Positions 29,491 through 39,382 of a stretch of DNA of 55,617 nt are shown here, piece after piece. The DNA is from an uncultured Pseudomonadales bacterium (GTDB taxonomy: Bacteria > Patescibacteriota > Microgenomatia > UBA1400 > PJMF01). Where the stretch lies: positions 1-55,617 of the forward strand of contig CAZKVV010000004.1 in assembly GCA_964556485.1 (NCBI GenBank), read 5' to 3'. The notes under the pieces are model-generated. The model made no database searches and was not told where the DNA came from. It worked only from the letters and a program-made list of their open reading frames with translations. Positions within the stretch are counted from its first letter, which is position 1, and the number at the start of each line of letters is the position of its first letter. Made by a program: the position numbers and the translations under genes.

Positions 29491-30032
29491 TACAAAACCC
29501 ACTCACCCCAAAACTTTGTTACACCGCTGGTGGCATGTTGTTACATCAAGGAAAAGTGTTGTTAGTAAAACATAAAAAGTTGGGCATTTGGCTCAATCCC
29601 GGTGGACATATTGATGAGGGTGAACTACCTCACCAGGCAGCAGAACGTGAATTTTTTGAAGAGACTGGGGTGGAGGTACGCGCCATTGATGTTATGCCAA
29701 ATTCACTTATGGCACATTCTAATGAAGAGAGCACTTTTTATCCAAATCCCATCAGTACCAATGTGCACTGGGTAAACAAGGAAAGTTATAACCTGCGTCA
29801 ACAGGCTGCAGATCCATCTTTACCAGTGCCAACAAAAACTTGGAAGCGCGGATGCGAACAGCATGTGGGATTCTTTTTCATGTTGAAGGCGGTCGACGGC
29901 GTAGCATTTGAGCAAAACAAAGATGAAACTGATGGTATTGACTGGTTCTTAGAGGAAGATATTGATTCACTTGAAACACATGAAAATGTGAAAGCAGAAC
30001 TGAGGTTAGGATTTTCTTTGTCACCTTTTTAA
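29487..30032 (+). CDS. NUDIX hydrolase
   Basis: GGHIDEGELPHQAAEREFFEETG. Confidence 0.92.
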   Translation: MIQNPLTPKLCYTAGGMLLHQGKVLLVKHKKLGIWLNPGGHIDEGELPHQAAEREFFEETGVEVRAIDVMPNSLMAHSNEESTFYPNPISTNVHWVNKESYNLRQQAADPSLPVPTKTWKRGCEQHVGFFFMLKAVDGVAFEQNKDETDGIDWFLEEDIDSLETHENVKAELRLGFSLSPF

Positions 30033-30067
30033 AGTGCGCCCTCTTACAAGCAAAAATGGTTTAATAC

Positions 30068-30096
30068 TTGACCTATAGTATATTTATATATACAAT
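30068..30096 (+). promoter_or_regulatory. Sigma70-type promoter
   Basis: TTGACC-N17-TACAAT. Confidence 0.75.
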
Positions 30097-30177
30097 ATGC
30101 TCACCGGACCTTATTCGGATGAGGTTTGGCGTTCGTGGCAAACTTTTGCCACAAAATTCTTTAAAATGGAGAGAAAA

Positions 30178-30780
30178 ATGAAAGGAAAATTCCTGATGTT
30201 GCTGACATTTTTTGTTGTTTTTTCAGCATTGATGTCACCTTTGAATGCATCGGCCCAAGTGCAAATGCCGCCTCCTCCTGGGTCGGAACAGTTTTTTAGA
30301 GATGCTATCAAGGCAATTCAAGAAAAAGGCGGAACTTTTCGCGGCTTCCGCGCATCGTCAGATGCAGATGGCTACGGAACAAGTTACTGCCGGGCAGAAA
30401 TTTTATATGATGCCTCAAGTGAAGCCGTGCATCGAGACATTCAGGGCCTAACAAATCAGTACGCCATTTTTCCTGAGGTGGTCCATGGCGGCCTGACAGT
30501 GTTTTTTGGCGAAGCCCTGAACTTTGTTTGGCAGTCAACAGATCAGTTCCCATGTCCACCGCCTTTCTTACCAACTCTGGCAGCTGCTTATGGCCTAAAT
30601 TTGACCGATTCAGGTCATTACCTGAATGGCTTGAGTGGTGGTGCGGTTGTTTCTGCGCATTCTAATTCAATCTCAGGATTATTTTCACCGGCGTGGTTTA
30701 TTTTGCCGATTGGAATAATTTTGTTGGCATTTTTAATTTTCGGACGACCATTCTCGTCGGTCCCTTCATTAAAAGGATAG
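30178..30780 (+). CDS. Surface hypothetical protein (signal peptide plus C-terminal TM)
   Basis: SD GGAG before MKGKFLMLL; AQV-type cleavage site; C-terminal hydrophobic helix. Confidence 0.7.
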   Translation: MKGKFLMLLTFFVVFSALMSPLNASAQVQMPPPPGSEQFFRDAIKAIQEKGGTFRGFRASSDADGYGTSYCRAEILYDASSEAVHRDIQGLTNQYAIFPEVVHGGLTVFFGEALNFVWQSTDQFPCPPPFLPTLAAAYGLNLTDSGHYLNGLSGGAVVSAHSNSISGLFSPAWFILPIGIILLAFLIFGRPFSSVPSLKG

Positions 30781-30788
30781 CTATATCA

Positions 30789-30813
30789 TGCGCGAGGCTT
30801 TATGCCTCGCGCA
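30789..30813 (+). terminator. Strong hairpin, likely terminator
   Basis: TGCGCGAGGC-TTTAT-GCCTCGCGCA followed by a pyrimidine tract. Confidence 0.65.
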
Positions 30814-30877
30814 CTTTCACCTTCTTCTCTCCATTTTTTCCTTTTTCATTTTCTTTGTATTGTTAAATAGATCGTGT

Positions 30878-30898
30878 TGTACCAGTCTGGTACAGACT
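30878..30898. promoter_or_regulatory. Palindromic putative operator upstream of sufC
   Basis: TGTACCAG-T-CTGGTACA (30878-30894) overlapping AGTCTG-GTA-CAGACT (30884-30898). Confidence 0.4.
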
Positions 30899-30940
30899 AA
30901 GTTCGCGCATCCAGGCTCATTCCTGTATAATCCCTCGCAT

Positions 30941-31699
30941 ATGCCAAGCTTATTGACACTCAAAAATCTCAAAGTAGCTATTGCCGAGACTCAAATTTTA
31001 AAAGGCATAAATCTTTCTGTGAATGCGGGTGAAGTTCATGCGATTATGGGTCCAAATGGCTCAGGCAAATCAACTACTGCTGCTACTTTAGCTGGTCATC
31101 CAGATTATGAAGTGATAGGTGGTGATGTGTTGTTGGCAGGAAAATCTATTTTAGAGTTATCTCCAGATCAACGAGCTCAAGCTGGTTTGTTTTTAGCCTT
31201 TCAGTATCCTGTAGAAGTTCCCGGTGTGAAAGTGCAAAACTTTTTACGCCATGTGCACCAAGCTCGTTTTGCCGATGAACCAAAGAAACAGTTTGCCAAA
31301 ACGCTCGAATTCAGAAAACATTTGCAAAAACTGGCTGAGGAATTACAAATTGATCCAACACTGCTTACCAGAGGTCTCAATGAAGGTTTTAGCGGTGGGG
31401 AGAAAAAGCAGTTAGAAATTTTACAAATGGCGGTTCTTGAGCCCAAAATTGCCATTTTAGATGAGACAGACTCTGGCTTGGATATTGATGCCATCAAAAA
31501 GGTTTCGGCTGGAGTGATGAAAATCATCAAAAAGTACAACACGGGAGTGTTGGTAATTACCCATTATAAGCGAATTTTAGAGTATCTTAAGCCAAATTTT
31601 GTACACGTGATGATTAAAGGCGAGCTAGTGCAAAGTGGTGGTCCAGAATTAGTTGATACAATTGAGGCTTCAGGATATAAAACAGTACTTGAAAAGTAG
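30941..31699 (+). CDS. sufC: Fe-S cluster assembly ATPase SufC
   Basis: MGPNGSGKST, FLAFQYPVEVPGV, NEGFSGGEKK, LDETDSGLD. Confidence 0.97.
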   Translation: MPSLLTLKNLKVAIAETQILKGINLSVNAGEVHAIMGPNGSGKSTTAATLAGHPDYEVIGGDVLLAGKSILELSPDQRAQAGLFLAFQYPVEVPGVKVQNFLRHVHQARFADEPKKQFAKTLEFRKHLQKLAEELQIDPTLLTRGLNEGFSGGEKKQLEILQMAVLEPKIAILDETDSGLDIDAIKKVSAGVMKIIKKYNTGVLVITHYKRILEYLKPNFVHVMIKGELVQSGGPELVDTIEASGYKTVLEK

Positions 31700-31709
31700 A
31701 AGGCATATC

Positions 31710-32195
31710 ATGACACGCGCTTCACATCATCTGACAGAAAACGTAAAGTTGCTGCAAAAAGCGGTGGTAGTGCATCGTGGTGAAGTATTATTGCTGCGAC
31801 GAGATGCTAACTCCGCCTCGCGAGCCCTACAGTGGGATTTACCAGGTGGAAATTCTGAGTGGCCAGATGGTAGTCGTAGTGGAAATAACTTGCATGCTCA
31901 AGACATTGCTCGAGAAATTGAAGAAGAAACTGCAATTCATATTATTCCCGATCAATTTAAACATGACACACTGTTGCTTTTCGAAACCTATTTTTTTGCT
32001 GAAGTGTTCACCATACTTGTCGGTTGGTTAGTTGAATTGCCAGAAGATTTTGACAGAGATCAAGTGAAAATTAGCCACGAGCACGACCAACTGGTATGGC
32101 AGCCTTTTGAAGAAAGTGCAGGATATGACTTTGGTTTTGCCAATGAGTTTATTGTGCCAATGATTCGACGCGCAAAGGATAAAACGCATGGCTAG
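31710..32195 (+). CDS. NUDIX hydrolase inserted in the SUF operon
   Basis: WDLPGG...IAREIEEETA, ISHEH. Confidence 0.85.
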   Translation: MTRASHHLTENVKLLQKAVVVHRGEVLLLRRDANSASRALQWDLPGGNSEWPDGSRSGNNLHAQDIAREIEEETAIHIIPDQFKHDTLLLFETYFFAEVFTILVGWLVELPEDFDRDQVKISHEHDQLVWQPFEESAGYDFGFANEFIVPMIRRAKDKTHG

Positions 32196-33609
32196 GTTTG
32201 CACAAAAAACCACCACTCAGTTTGAGGCTACAGATGTGTATGAGCACGGTTATTCCTATCCCATTTCTACCTACACACACATTTCGAAACCAGGTTTGAG
32301 TGAAGCAGTGGTGCGTGAGATTTCGCACTTGAAGCAAGAGCCTGAGTGGATGCTTGGGTATCGTTTGCAAGCACTGGCACAATTTGAAGCAAAAAAAAAT
32401 CCACTTTGGGGAGCAGATCTTTCTGACATTCATTTTGATGCGATTCGTTATTATTTACGTGCTAGTGATGAACAAAGCAAATCTTGGGATGATGTCCCGC
32501 CTGAGGTGAAAGCTACTTTTGATCGTTTGGGAATTCCCGAGGCAGAACGAGATGTCTTAGCTGGTGTAAAAGCTCAGTACGATTCAGAAGTGGTGTATGG
32601 ATCGCTCAAAGATGTTTGGGCAAAAGACGGTGTGGTATTTTTATCAATGGATGATGGATTGAAACAGTATCCAGAGTTGGTAAAAGAGTACTTCGGCACG
32701 CTCATTCCTAGCGGTGACAATAAGTATTCAGCATTGAACTCAGCAGTTTGGAGTGGTGGATCTTTTGTATACATCCCAAAAGGTGTTAATGTAAAAATGC
32801 CGCTGCAAACGTATTTTAGAATTAATGCTGAGAATGCTGGACAGTTTGAGCGTACGCTCATCATTGTGGATGAAGGTGCTAATGTTCACTATATCGAAGG
32901 CTGCACAGCTCCTAACTTCAGCAGTGGTTCTCTCCATTCAGCAGTTGTTGAAATTTTTGTCAAAAAAGGAGCGCGTTGTCAGTACACCACCGTCCAAAAC
33001 TGGTACAAGAATGTGTATAACTTGGTGACCAAACGTGCCCATGTGGATGAAGAGGCTCAAATGATTTGGACAGACTTTAACATGGGTTCCAAAGTGACAA
33101 TGAAGTATCCTGGTTTTGTGTTGGCTGGTAAAGGTGCCAAGGGTGAAACACTTTCTATGGCGTTAGCGGGAAGTGGACAGCATCAAGATACTGGTTCAAA
33201 AGCAATTCATTTAGCTCCATATACCAGTTCAACCATTTTATCGAAATCAATCAGTAAAGATGGTGGACGCACCAGTTATCGTGGACTCGTCAATGTTGGG
33301 CCGCATGCGCATGACAGTAAAAATACGGTGATTTGTGATGCGCTGCTGCTTGATAGTCGTTCACGCTCTGACACGTATCCTGTCGACAAAATTTTTAATT
33401 CTCGTGTTGAAGTACAGCATGAAGCAACGGTGTCAAAGATCGGTGATGATCAGCTGTTTTATCTGATGAGTAGAGGAGTAACCGAGGAAAATGCACGCAA
33501 AATGATTGTAAATGGCTTTGTTGAAGATTTGGTTAAAAAATTGCCACTCGAGTATGCAGTGGAGATGAATCGACTCATTGATCACGAAATGGAAGGAAGC
33601 ATTGGCTAA
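32188..33609 (+). CDS. sufB: Fe-S cluster assembly protein SufB
   Basis: NSAVWSGGSF, GQFERTLI, EGCTAP, CDALL, QHEATV. Confidence 0.98.
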   Translation: MARFAQKTTTQFEATDVYEHGYSYPISTYTHISKPGLSEAVVREISHLKQEPEWMLGYRLQALAQFEAKKNPLWGADLSDIHFDAIRYYLRASDEQSKSWDDVPPEVKATFDRLGIPEAERDVLAGVKAQYDSEVVYGSLKDVWAKDGVVFLSMDDGLKQYPELVKEYFGTLIPSGDNKYSALNSAVWSGGSFVYIPKGVNVKMPLQTYFRINAENAGQFERTLIIVDEGANVHYIEGCTAPNFSSGSLHSAVVEIFVKKGARCQYTTVQNWYKNVYNLVTKRAHVDEEAQMIWTDFNMGSKVTMKYPGFVLAGKGAKGETLSMALAGSGQHQDTGSKAIHLAPYTSSTILSKSISKDGGRTSYRGLVNVGPHAHDSKNTVICDALLLDSRSRSDTYPVDKIFNSRVEVQHEATVSKIGDDQLFYLMSRGVTEENARKMIVNGFVEDLVKKLPLEYAVEMNRLIDHEMEGSIG

Positions 33610-34097
33610 TGCAGACGTTTACCATCGACCGCGACCAATATCAAGAAATACAACTCACCAAACCTGGTGAGTACACTGTGGAGTTAGTTGGCGAAGGGGC
33701 CCAGGCAACCATCACTGGTGTTTGGGATGCGCGTGGTAAAGATGTGGTCAGTGTTACAGTTATCATTCATCACAAAGCGCCAAATACTCGGGCTCAAACA
33801 ACACTGCATGGCGTGGGTCGTGACACCTCTTTTGTGCGATTTGTAGGCCGAATCATTATCGAACCTAACTGTGGGAATAGTAATTCATTCTTAACTGAAA
33901 GAGTGTTGCTACTATCAGATACTGCCAGAGCAGAAACAGTGCCCGACTTAGAAATTCACACTGATGATGTTAAGTGCTCGCACGCTGCAAGTATTAGCAG
34001 AATTCCAGAACAACAATTATTTTATTTACAAAGTCGCAGCATTGCTCGCGCAACTGCGGAGGACATGATAGTTGCGGGTTTTTTAGAGTTAGCATAA
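33609..34097 (+). CDS. sufD: Short SufD-like protein
   Basis: VPDLEIHTDDVKCSHAAS, LFYLQSR; only 162 aa. Confidence 0.85.
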   Translation: MQTFTIDRDQYQEIQLTKPGEYTVELVGEGAQATITGVWDARGKDVVSVTVIIHHKAPNTRAQTTLHGVGRDTSFVRFVGRIIIEPNCGNSNSFLTERVLLLSDTARAETVPDLEIHTDDVKCSHAASISRIPEQQLFYLQSRSIARATAEDMIVAGFLELA

Positions 34098-34126
34098 TTT
34101 CTTGATGAGACTGGTACAATACTCGT

Positions 34127-35365
34127 ATGTTGGATGTTGCCTCAATTCGTACCGATTTTCCCATTCTTACTAAAAGTGTGCATTCCAAGCCGCTAGTGTA
34201 TCTGGATAATGCGGCAACTTCACAAAAACCTCAACAAGTTATAGATGCAATTACTAATTATTACACGAGCCATACCGCCAACGTGCACAGAGGCGTGCAT
34301 CTACTTTCGGATGAAAGCACGCTAGCTTGGGAAGTGGCAAGAAAAACCATTGCGTCTTTTTTTGAAGCAGAGCCGAGTGAGTTGATTTTTGTCCGCAACA
34401 CTACCGAGGCTATCAATGGTTTGGCATACGGTTGGGCAGATTACAACCTCAAACCTGGTGATGTCATTTTGACTTCTCAACTTGAGCATCATGCCAACTT
34501 AGTCGTATGGCAACAAGTGTGCAAGAGAACAGGTTGTAAGTTACAGGTTGCGCCAGTTACCCAGCAAGGTGAACTTGATTATGCTTGGTTGGAAGAACAC
34601 ATGTCGAGCGTAAAGCTGGTGACTTTGGGTCACGTTTCAAATACACTGGGAACGGTGTTAGACGTGCCACGAGTGGTTGCGTTAGCCAAGAAGGCTGGTG
34701 CGCGAGTGCATCTTGATGGTGCTCAGTCTGCTCCTCATATGCCGGTTAGCTTTGCCAATGTAGACGTCGATTTTTTTTCATTTAGTGGTCACAAAATGCT
34801 CGGACCAATGGGTAGTGGTGGACTGTTAGTGAAACGCTCAATTCTTGAGAGTGGTGAAATGCAGCCTTGGTTATTTGGAGGAGGAATGATTGCTGAAGTT
34901 TCCGATCAAGAAACAATTTTTCATCCAGATGTAGTTGAACGTTTTACGGCTGGAACCCCCGACGTTGCTTCTGCAGTTGGTTTGGCAGCGGCCTGCAGTT
35001 ATTTGCAGTCACTTGATATGAAAAAAGTGCTCGAACATGACCAAAAACTTGTTGCATATGCACTTTCAGCATTAAGAGCAGTGTCAGAGATTGAGGTTGT
35101 TGGTCCAGTGACTGACAGAATTGGTAGTGTGGCATTTGTCTATAAAGGCGTGCATGCTCATGATGTTGCGCAAGTGTTAGATAGTGAAGGTGTTGCGGTT
35201 CGATCTGGTCACCACTGCACAATGCCATTGCACACAGCTTGCAACTGGATCGCAACAGTACGCGCTAGTTTTCAGGTTTACAATGATCTACATGAAGTAG
35301 ATGCATTAGTTGCAGCACTCAAAAAAGTAGTAGTAGTGTTTGGAAGAAAAGAGCATGGTGGTTGA
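34127..35365 (+). CDS. sufS: Cysteine desulfurase SufS
   Basis: YLDNAATSQKP, SGHKMLGP, RSGHHC. Confidence 0.98.
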   Translation: MLDVASIRTDFPILTKSVHSKPLVYLDNAATSQKPQQVIDAITNYYTSHTANVHRGVHLLSDESTLAWEVARKTIASFFEAEPSELIFVRNTTEAINGLAYGWADYNLKPGDVILTSQLEHHANLVVWQQVCKRTGCKLQVAPVTQQGELDYAWLEEHMSSVKLVTLGHVSNTLGTVLDVPRVVALAKKAGARVHLDGAQSAPHMPVSFANVDVDFFSFSGHKMLGPMGSGGLLVKRSILESGEMQPWLFGGGMIAEVSDQETIFHPDVVERFTAGTPDVASAVGLAAACSYLQSLDMKKVLEHDQKLVAYALSALRAVSEIEVVGPVTDRIGSVAFVYKGVHAHDVAQVLDSEGVAVRSGHHCTMPLHTACNWIATVRASFQVYNDLHEVDALVAALKKVVVVFGRKEHGG

Positions 35366-35741
35366 CGATTTATATAAGGAAGTGTTGCTTGAAGAAGCAG
35401 AAAATCCAAAAAACAAAGGGGTCTTAACAGATGCTCAAGTGGTTGTGCCGCTTAAAAATGCTTCATGTGGTGATATGGTAACTCTGTACCTAAAAATGTC
35501 AGACGACGGCCTGATTGAAGCAATATCATGGGAGGGCGATGGCTGCGTGATTTCACAAGCTGCCGCAAGTGTGGTTAGTGAGACTGTCAAAGGTAAATCG
35601 ATTGCAGATGTGACTGCACTGGGTTTGCCAGAGGTGCTTGAGTTGCTTCATTTTGACACCATTTCTCCTGGCCGTATAAAGTGTAGTATGCTAGGACTCA
35701 CTGCAATTAAAAATGCATTACAAAAAATAGCGGGAGAATGA
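35355..35741 (+). CDS. sufU: SufU/NifU-N sulfur-transfer protein
   Basis: NASCGD, GCVISQAAAS, RIKC. Confidence 0.92.
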   Translation: MVVDDLYKEVLLEEAENPKNKGVLTDAQVVVPLKNASCGDMVTLYLKMSDDGLIEAISWEGDGCVISQAAASVVSETVKGKSIADVTALGLPEVLELLHFDTISPGRIKCSMLGLTAIKNALQKIAGE

Positions 35742-35744
35742 TAT

Positions 35745-36341
35745 ATGGGAGAGGGACTAAGTTTATTACATAAGCTTTTTCTTAAAAAGGATGATGAGCG
35801 AACAACAGTGGGGTTAGCCAATAAATTAGCTAACGATCCTAGCATGATTAGAATTAAGGCTGAAAATCAAGCAAGGATTGATGCTGCTGAGTTAAAAAAG
35901 CAACAGCATGAGCAGTTGATCAAACAAACTGAACAGCGGGTTGCAACAGTGTATAAAATGGTACAAAGACTCCTTTCTGAAGCAAAATCAACAAGTCTTA
36001 ATCATGATTTGTTGGAGAATGGCCAAAAAGTACATTTTCGAATTGAACAAGAACAAATGACTCGGGGAACATTTCGCTTGTATAAAGAAACGCAAGATGG
36101 ATCTAAGCTTGACCTTGCACTCAATATGCAAGACGAAAAGCCAACCTTGCAAGTGAGAGATTATCAAAATAACATCTGGCGCAAGTCTACTAGTGGTAGT
36201 GGTATATTTTCAGGTGAGCAACTGCTAGAACTTATTCCAGAACTAGATGCAGCAGAAGAAGTGCTGTCATCATTCCAAGACTTTTCAACAGAATTATCAG
36301 ATGCTGTTGAGCCATTTGTTGTTGGTACTAATAATGAGTAG
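35745..36341 (+). CDS. Hypothetical protein
   Basis: 198 aa ORF tightly packed after sufU; coiled-coil N-terminal half. Confidence 0.65.
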   Translation: MGEGLSLLHKLFLKKDDERTTVGLANKLANDPSMIRIKAENQARIDAAELKKQQHEQLIKQTEQRVATVYKMVQRLLSEAKSTSLNHDLLENGQKVHFRIEQEQMTRGTFRLYKETQDGSKLDLALNMQDEKPTLQVRDYQNNIWRKSTSGSGIFSGEQLLELIPELDAAEEVLSSFQDFSTELSDAVEPFVVGTNNE

Positions 36342-36356
36342 GATATACTACTAACC

Positions 36357-36911
36357 ATGCACATCTTTGTTGGCTCACATAATCCTGTTAAGCTTAATGC
36401 CGTCACCAATGCTGCCAGTGAAACATGGCCGGAAGCTAAGCTTTTAGGACATGATGTGGCCAGTGGTATTCCAGAACAACCCATAGGAGATGAGGAAACA
36501 CGTACCGGTGCACAAAACAGAGCGCGGGCAGTACTCGAGTGGGGTTTGCAGCAAAACCTTGAAGGCGCTGAGGAAGTCTTAGGAGTTGGTCTTGAAGGCG
36601 GAGTGATAGATCTTGGTTATGAAATGTGGTCGACTGTTTGGGTAGCTGTTATTGATAAGGATGGTTACTTGGCAGAATCGAATGGGGCGCGATTTATTGT
36701 TCCAGAGCTAGTAGCACAACGTATCAGACTTGGTGAAGAGATGGGTCCGATAGTTGATAAGGTTTCAGGCACAGCAGACATTCGCAAAAAACAAGGTTTT
36801 ATTGGTGTGTTAACGCAAGGTTTTGTAGACCGCACAGAGGAGTACTCAAGTATTGCAAAAATGGCTCTAGGAATATGGTATGGTAGAAATTGGTTAGATA
36901 CAGTACAGTAG
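36357..36911 (+). CDS. yjjX: Inosine/xanthosine triphosphatase (YjjX/DUF84 family)
   Basis: GSHNPVK, SGIPEQP, GAQNRA, GVGLEGG, GFIGVLT. Confidence 0.9.
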   Translation: MHIFVGSHNPVKLNAVTNAASETWPEAKLLGHDVASGIPEQPIGDEETRTGAQNRARAVLEWGLQQNLEGAEEVLGVGLEGGVIDLGYEMWSTVWVAVIDKDGYLAESNGARFIVPELVAQRIRLGEEMGPIVDKVSGTADIRKKQGFIGVLTQGFVDRTEEYSSIAKMALGIWYGRNWLDTVQ

Positions 36912-36919
36912 AAAAAGTT

Positions 36920-37630
36920 ATGCCAACAACTCAAGTTTTTAAAGCACGCATTGAAGATAGAACTGTGTTTAACGACAAGTTCATCTCAGTTTTTTTTGAA
37001 TTATTAGAGCCACACCATTTGCAGTTTGCTGCTGGTCAGTACGTGTCTCTTAAGGTTCATGAAAATGGCGCTCGTCGTAGTTATTCTATTGCAAGTAGTC
37101 CAAATATTACCCATGGTTTTGAGTTGGCAGTAGACGTGACCCCAGCTGGTCTTGGCTGTCAGTTTTTGCAAAATGCGCCAATCGGTACAGAGGTTGAATT
37201 GCTGGGTCCATTGGGTTCATTTGTGATTGCCGACGATCCAACTGAAAAAGCAATTGTATTAGTTGGAACGGGATCTGGCATTGCACCTCTCCGATCCATG
37301 ACTCTCGATTTACTACAAGTAAAACATGATCCTCGACCAATTACTCTCCACTGGGGACTCAGAGAAGTTGCTTCTCTGTATTGGGAAAATGATTTTCAAG
37401 ATTTAGTTGAATCTTTCTCTAACTTCCAGTTTCATCCAGTAATTTCTCGTGCCCATGATCAATGGACGCTCTGCCGTGGTAGAGTTACTGATTGTCTTGA
37501 GCAACATGAAATGGTTCAAGATGCCGGATACTATTTGTGTGGCGGCAAACCAATGATTGTAGACGTAGTTGCTTTCTTGCAATCTCGAGGCGTCAAACCG
37601 GAAAACATTCATCATGAAAAGTTTTTTTAG
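36920..37630 (+). CDS. Ferredoxin-NADP(H)-reductase-like FAD/NAD oxidoreductase
   Basis: FAAGQY, RRSYSIAS, GPLG, GTGSGIAP, YLCG, C-terminal aromatic residues. Confidence 0.92.
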   Translation: MPTTQVFKARIEDRTVFNDKFISVFFELLEPHHLQFAAGQYVSLKVHENGARRSYSIASSPNITHGFELAVDVTPAGLGCQFLQNAPIGTEVELLGPLGSFVIADDPTEKAIVLVGTGSGIAPLRSMTLDLLQVKHDPRPITLHWGLREVASLYWENDFQDLVESFSNFQFHPVISRAHDQWTLCRGRVTDCLEQHEMVQDAGYYLCGGKPMIVDVVAFLQSRGVKPENIHHEKFF

Positions 37631-37650
37631 TAGTTAGAAAAAAGGAATCA

Positions 37651-37962
37651 ATGCAAGATCAATCACAAACACCAAATGCAGCAACTGGCGTAGTTACCGA
37701 CCAATCTGGTGATTCAACCGTTCAAACAAAGCAAATTGGCAAATATAAAGTAGAAGTTATCCGTGACAAATGCATTAGTGCAGGAAGTTGTGTTGCAATT
37801 GCTCCTGGAGTTTTTGCATTAGACGAAGAAAGCTTGGCAATAATTTTGTCTCAAGATGGTAATGATGACCAAACAAAATTGCTTGCAGCACAGAGTTGTC
37901 CAACAGCTGCAGTTATTGTGACAGATACCGAAACTGGTCAACAGGTTTGGCCATTGGGTTAA
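37651..37962 (+). CDS. Single-cluster ferredoxin, [3Fe-4S]-type motif
   Basis: CISAGSC...CP (CxxAxxC...CP). Confidence 0.88.
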   Translation: MQDQSQTPNAATGVVTDQSGDSTVQTKQIGKYKVEVIRDKCISAGSCVAIAPGVFALDEESLAIILSQDGNDDQTKLLAAQSCPTAAVIVTDTETGQQVWPLG

Positions 37963-38041
37963 CCTTGTTGGTTAAACTGCTACTGACAGCATATTGTGCT
38001 TTGTGATATATAAAATACTAGTTAATTGATGAGAGTCTTGT

Positions 38042-38713
38042 ATGAAGAATGTTCCATTGCTGCTTGGTACCATGGCTGTAACACTCGTATTAGTTGTGGG
38101 AGTTGCCTTCTTCTTTTCTGGTGACGCTGCTACTACAAGTACCACACAACCAATTACAGATACTTCACTTTTACTTTCAGACACCAAAAATGTTCGTGGC
38201 GCAACAGAATCTGCCCAGGTTGCCATCGTTGAGTTTAGTGATTTTCAGTGTCCGGCCTGCAAAGCAGCGCATCCTCTCGTAAATCAAGTCATGCAGAAGT
38301 ATGGTGATAAAGTTACATTGGTTTTTCGGCATTTTCCTTTAGAAACCATTCATAAAAATGCAAAGTACGCAGCACAGTTTGCAGAATCTGCGGCACTGCA
38401 GGGTAAGTTTTGGGAAGTTTCAGATGCGCTCTTTGAGCATCAACAAGAGTGGGCAGATATAGGCAGCAAGGAAGAGCTTAATACTGCCTTTTTAAGTTAT
38501 CTTGATGGATTAGAGATTGACAAAACAGCCTTGTTGGCGAAAATAGAAGACACTTCGGTTATACGTAGGGTTGAGCAAGATATAATTGATGGCAACAAAG
38601 CTAGCATTAATTCGACACCAACCTTTTTTGTAAACGGAGTGCCAACTTCTGCCCCGCAGTTGGTAACAGCTGTTGAATCGATAGTAACTAACGCACCAGA
38701 AAAAACTGAGTAA
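38042..38713 (+). CDS. Membrane-anchored DsbA-family thiol-disulfide oxidoreductase
   Basis: EFSDFQCPAC, RHFPL, STPTFFVNG. Confidence 0.92.
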   Translation: MKNVPLLLGTMAVTLVLVVGVAFFFSGDAATTSTTQPITDTSLLLSDTKNVRGATESAQVAIVEFSDFQCPACKAAHPLVNQVMQKYGDKVTLVFRHFPLETIHKNAKYAAQFAESAALQGKFWEVSDALFEHQQEWADIGSKEELNTAFLSYLDGLEIDKTALLAKIEDTSVIRRVEQDIIDGNKASINSTPTFFVNGVPTSAPQLVTAVESIVTNAPEKTE

Positions 38714-38746
38714 TAACCAGTTAGGTGCAACAGAAGAAGGGGTTTG

Positions 38747-39256
38747 ATGAAAAAGTTTACACCATATATTTTTCCACTCTTAGTGTTGGGAGTTGTCTTT
38801 TTGCTCGTATACCGCTGGTACAGTCTAAGAACAGACCGGATGGAAGCAGGCTTGCTAAGCGAAGGCGTTGTTATCGAGAATCTTTCAGAAGAGCAAATGG
38901 CTGCACTTACAGAAGTTGACGATTTTCAGACCGCTAAAATGGAATCAACTGTCGAAGGAGCTATGGGTGAAGTGAAGTATGACGTTACTGAAGAAAAGGT
39001 TACATTCACCGTTGCAGCAACTTTACCAGAAAGTGAAACGGCTCGGTATCAAGTTTGGTTGAAAGAAGTTGGTTCAGAAACAACTCGTCATGCATTCGAT
39101 TTAGTTGCTAAAAAAGGTGGGTATGTAGGTAGTGCAGCACTCTCAGCTGAGCTTCTTCCACTCGAGGTATTGGTCAAAGATGCCTCAGTGGCTTCAGAAC
39201 TTTCAACACAGCCATTACTCAAAGGAGTGATGATGCAGCAGGAAGCGGAAAAGTAA
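38747..39256 (+). CDS. Membrane-anchored protein, weakly RskA-C-like
   Basis: N-terminal TM; LPESETARYQVWL resembles anti-sigma-K C-terminal domains. Confidence 0.4.
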   Translation: MKKFTPYIFPLLVLGVVFLLVYRWYSLRTDRMEAGLLSEGVVIENLSEEQMAALTEVDDFQTAKMESTVEGAMGEVKYDVTEEKVTFTVAATLPESETARYQVWLKEVGSETTRHAFDLVAKKGGYVGSAALSAELLPLEVLVKDASVASELSTQPLLKGVMMQQEAEK

Positions 39257-39382
39257 ATTGCTTCTTGATGCGCACGCCGAGTGTGCTAAGCTAGAAAAAC
39301 AGGCGTGTCATCTGGAGTACAATGACACAGTATAAAGTACAGTACAAATAACCCGGATTCCGGGTAGTTATAAAGGAGAAAT

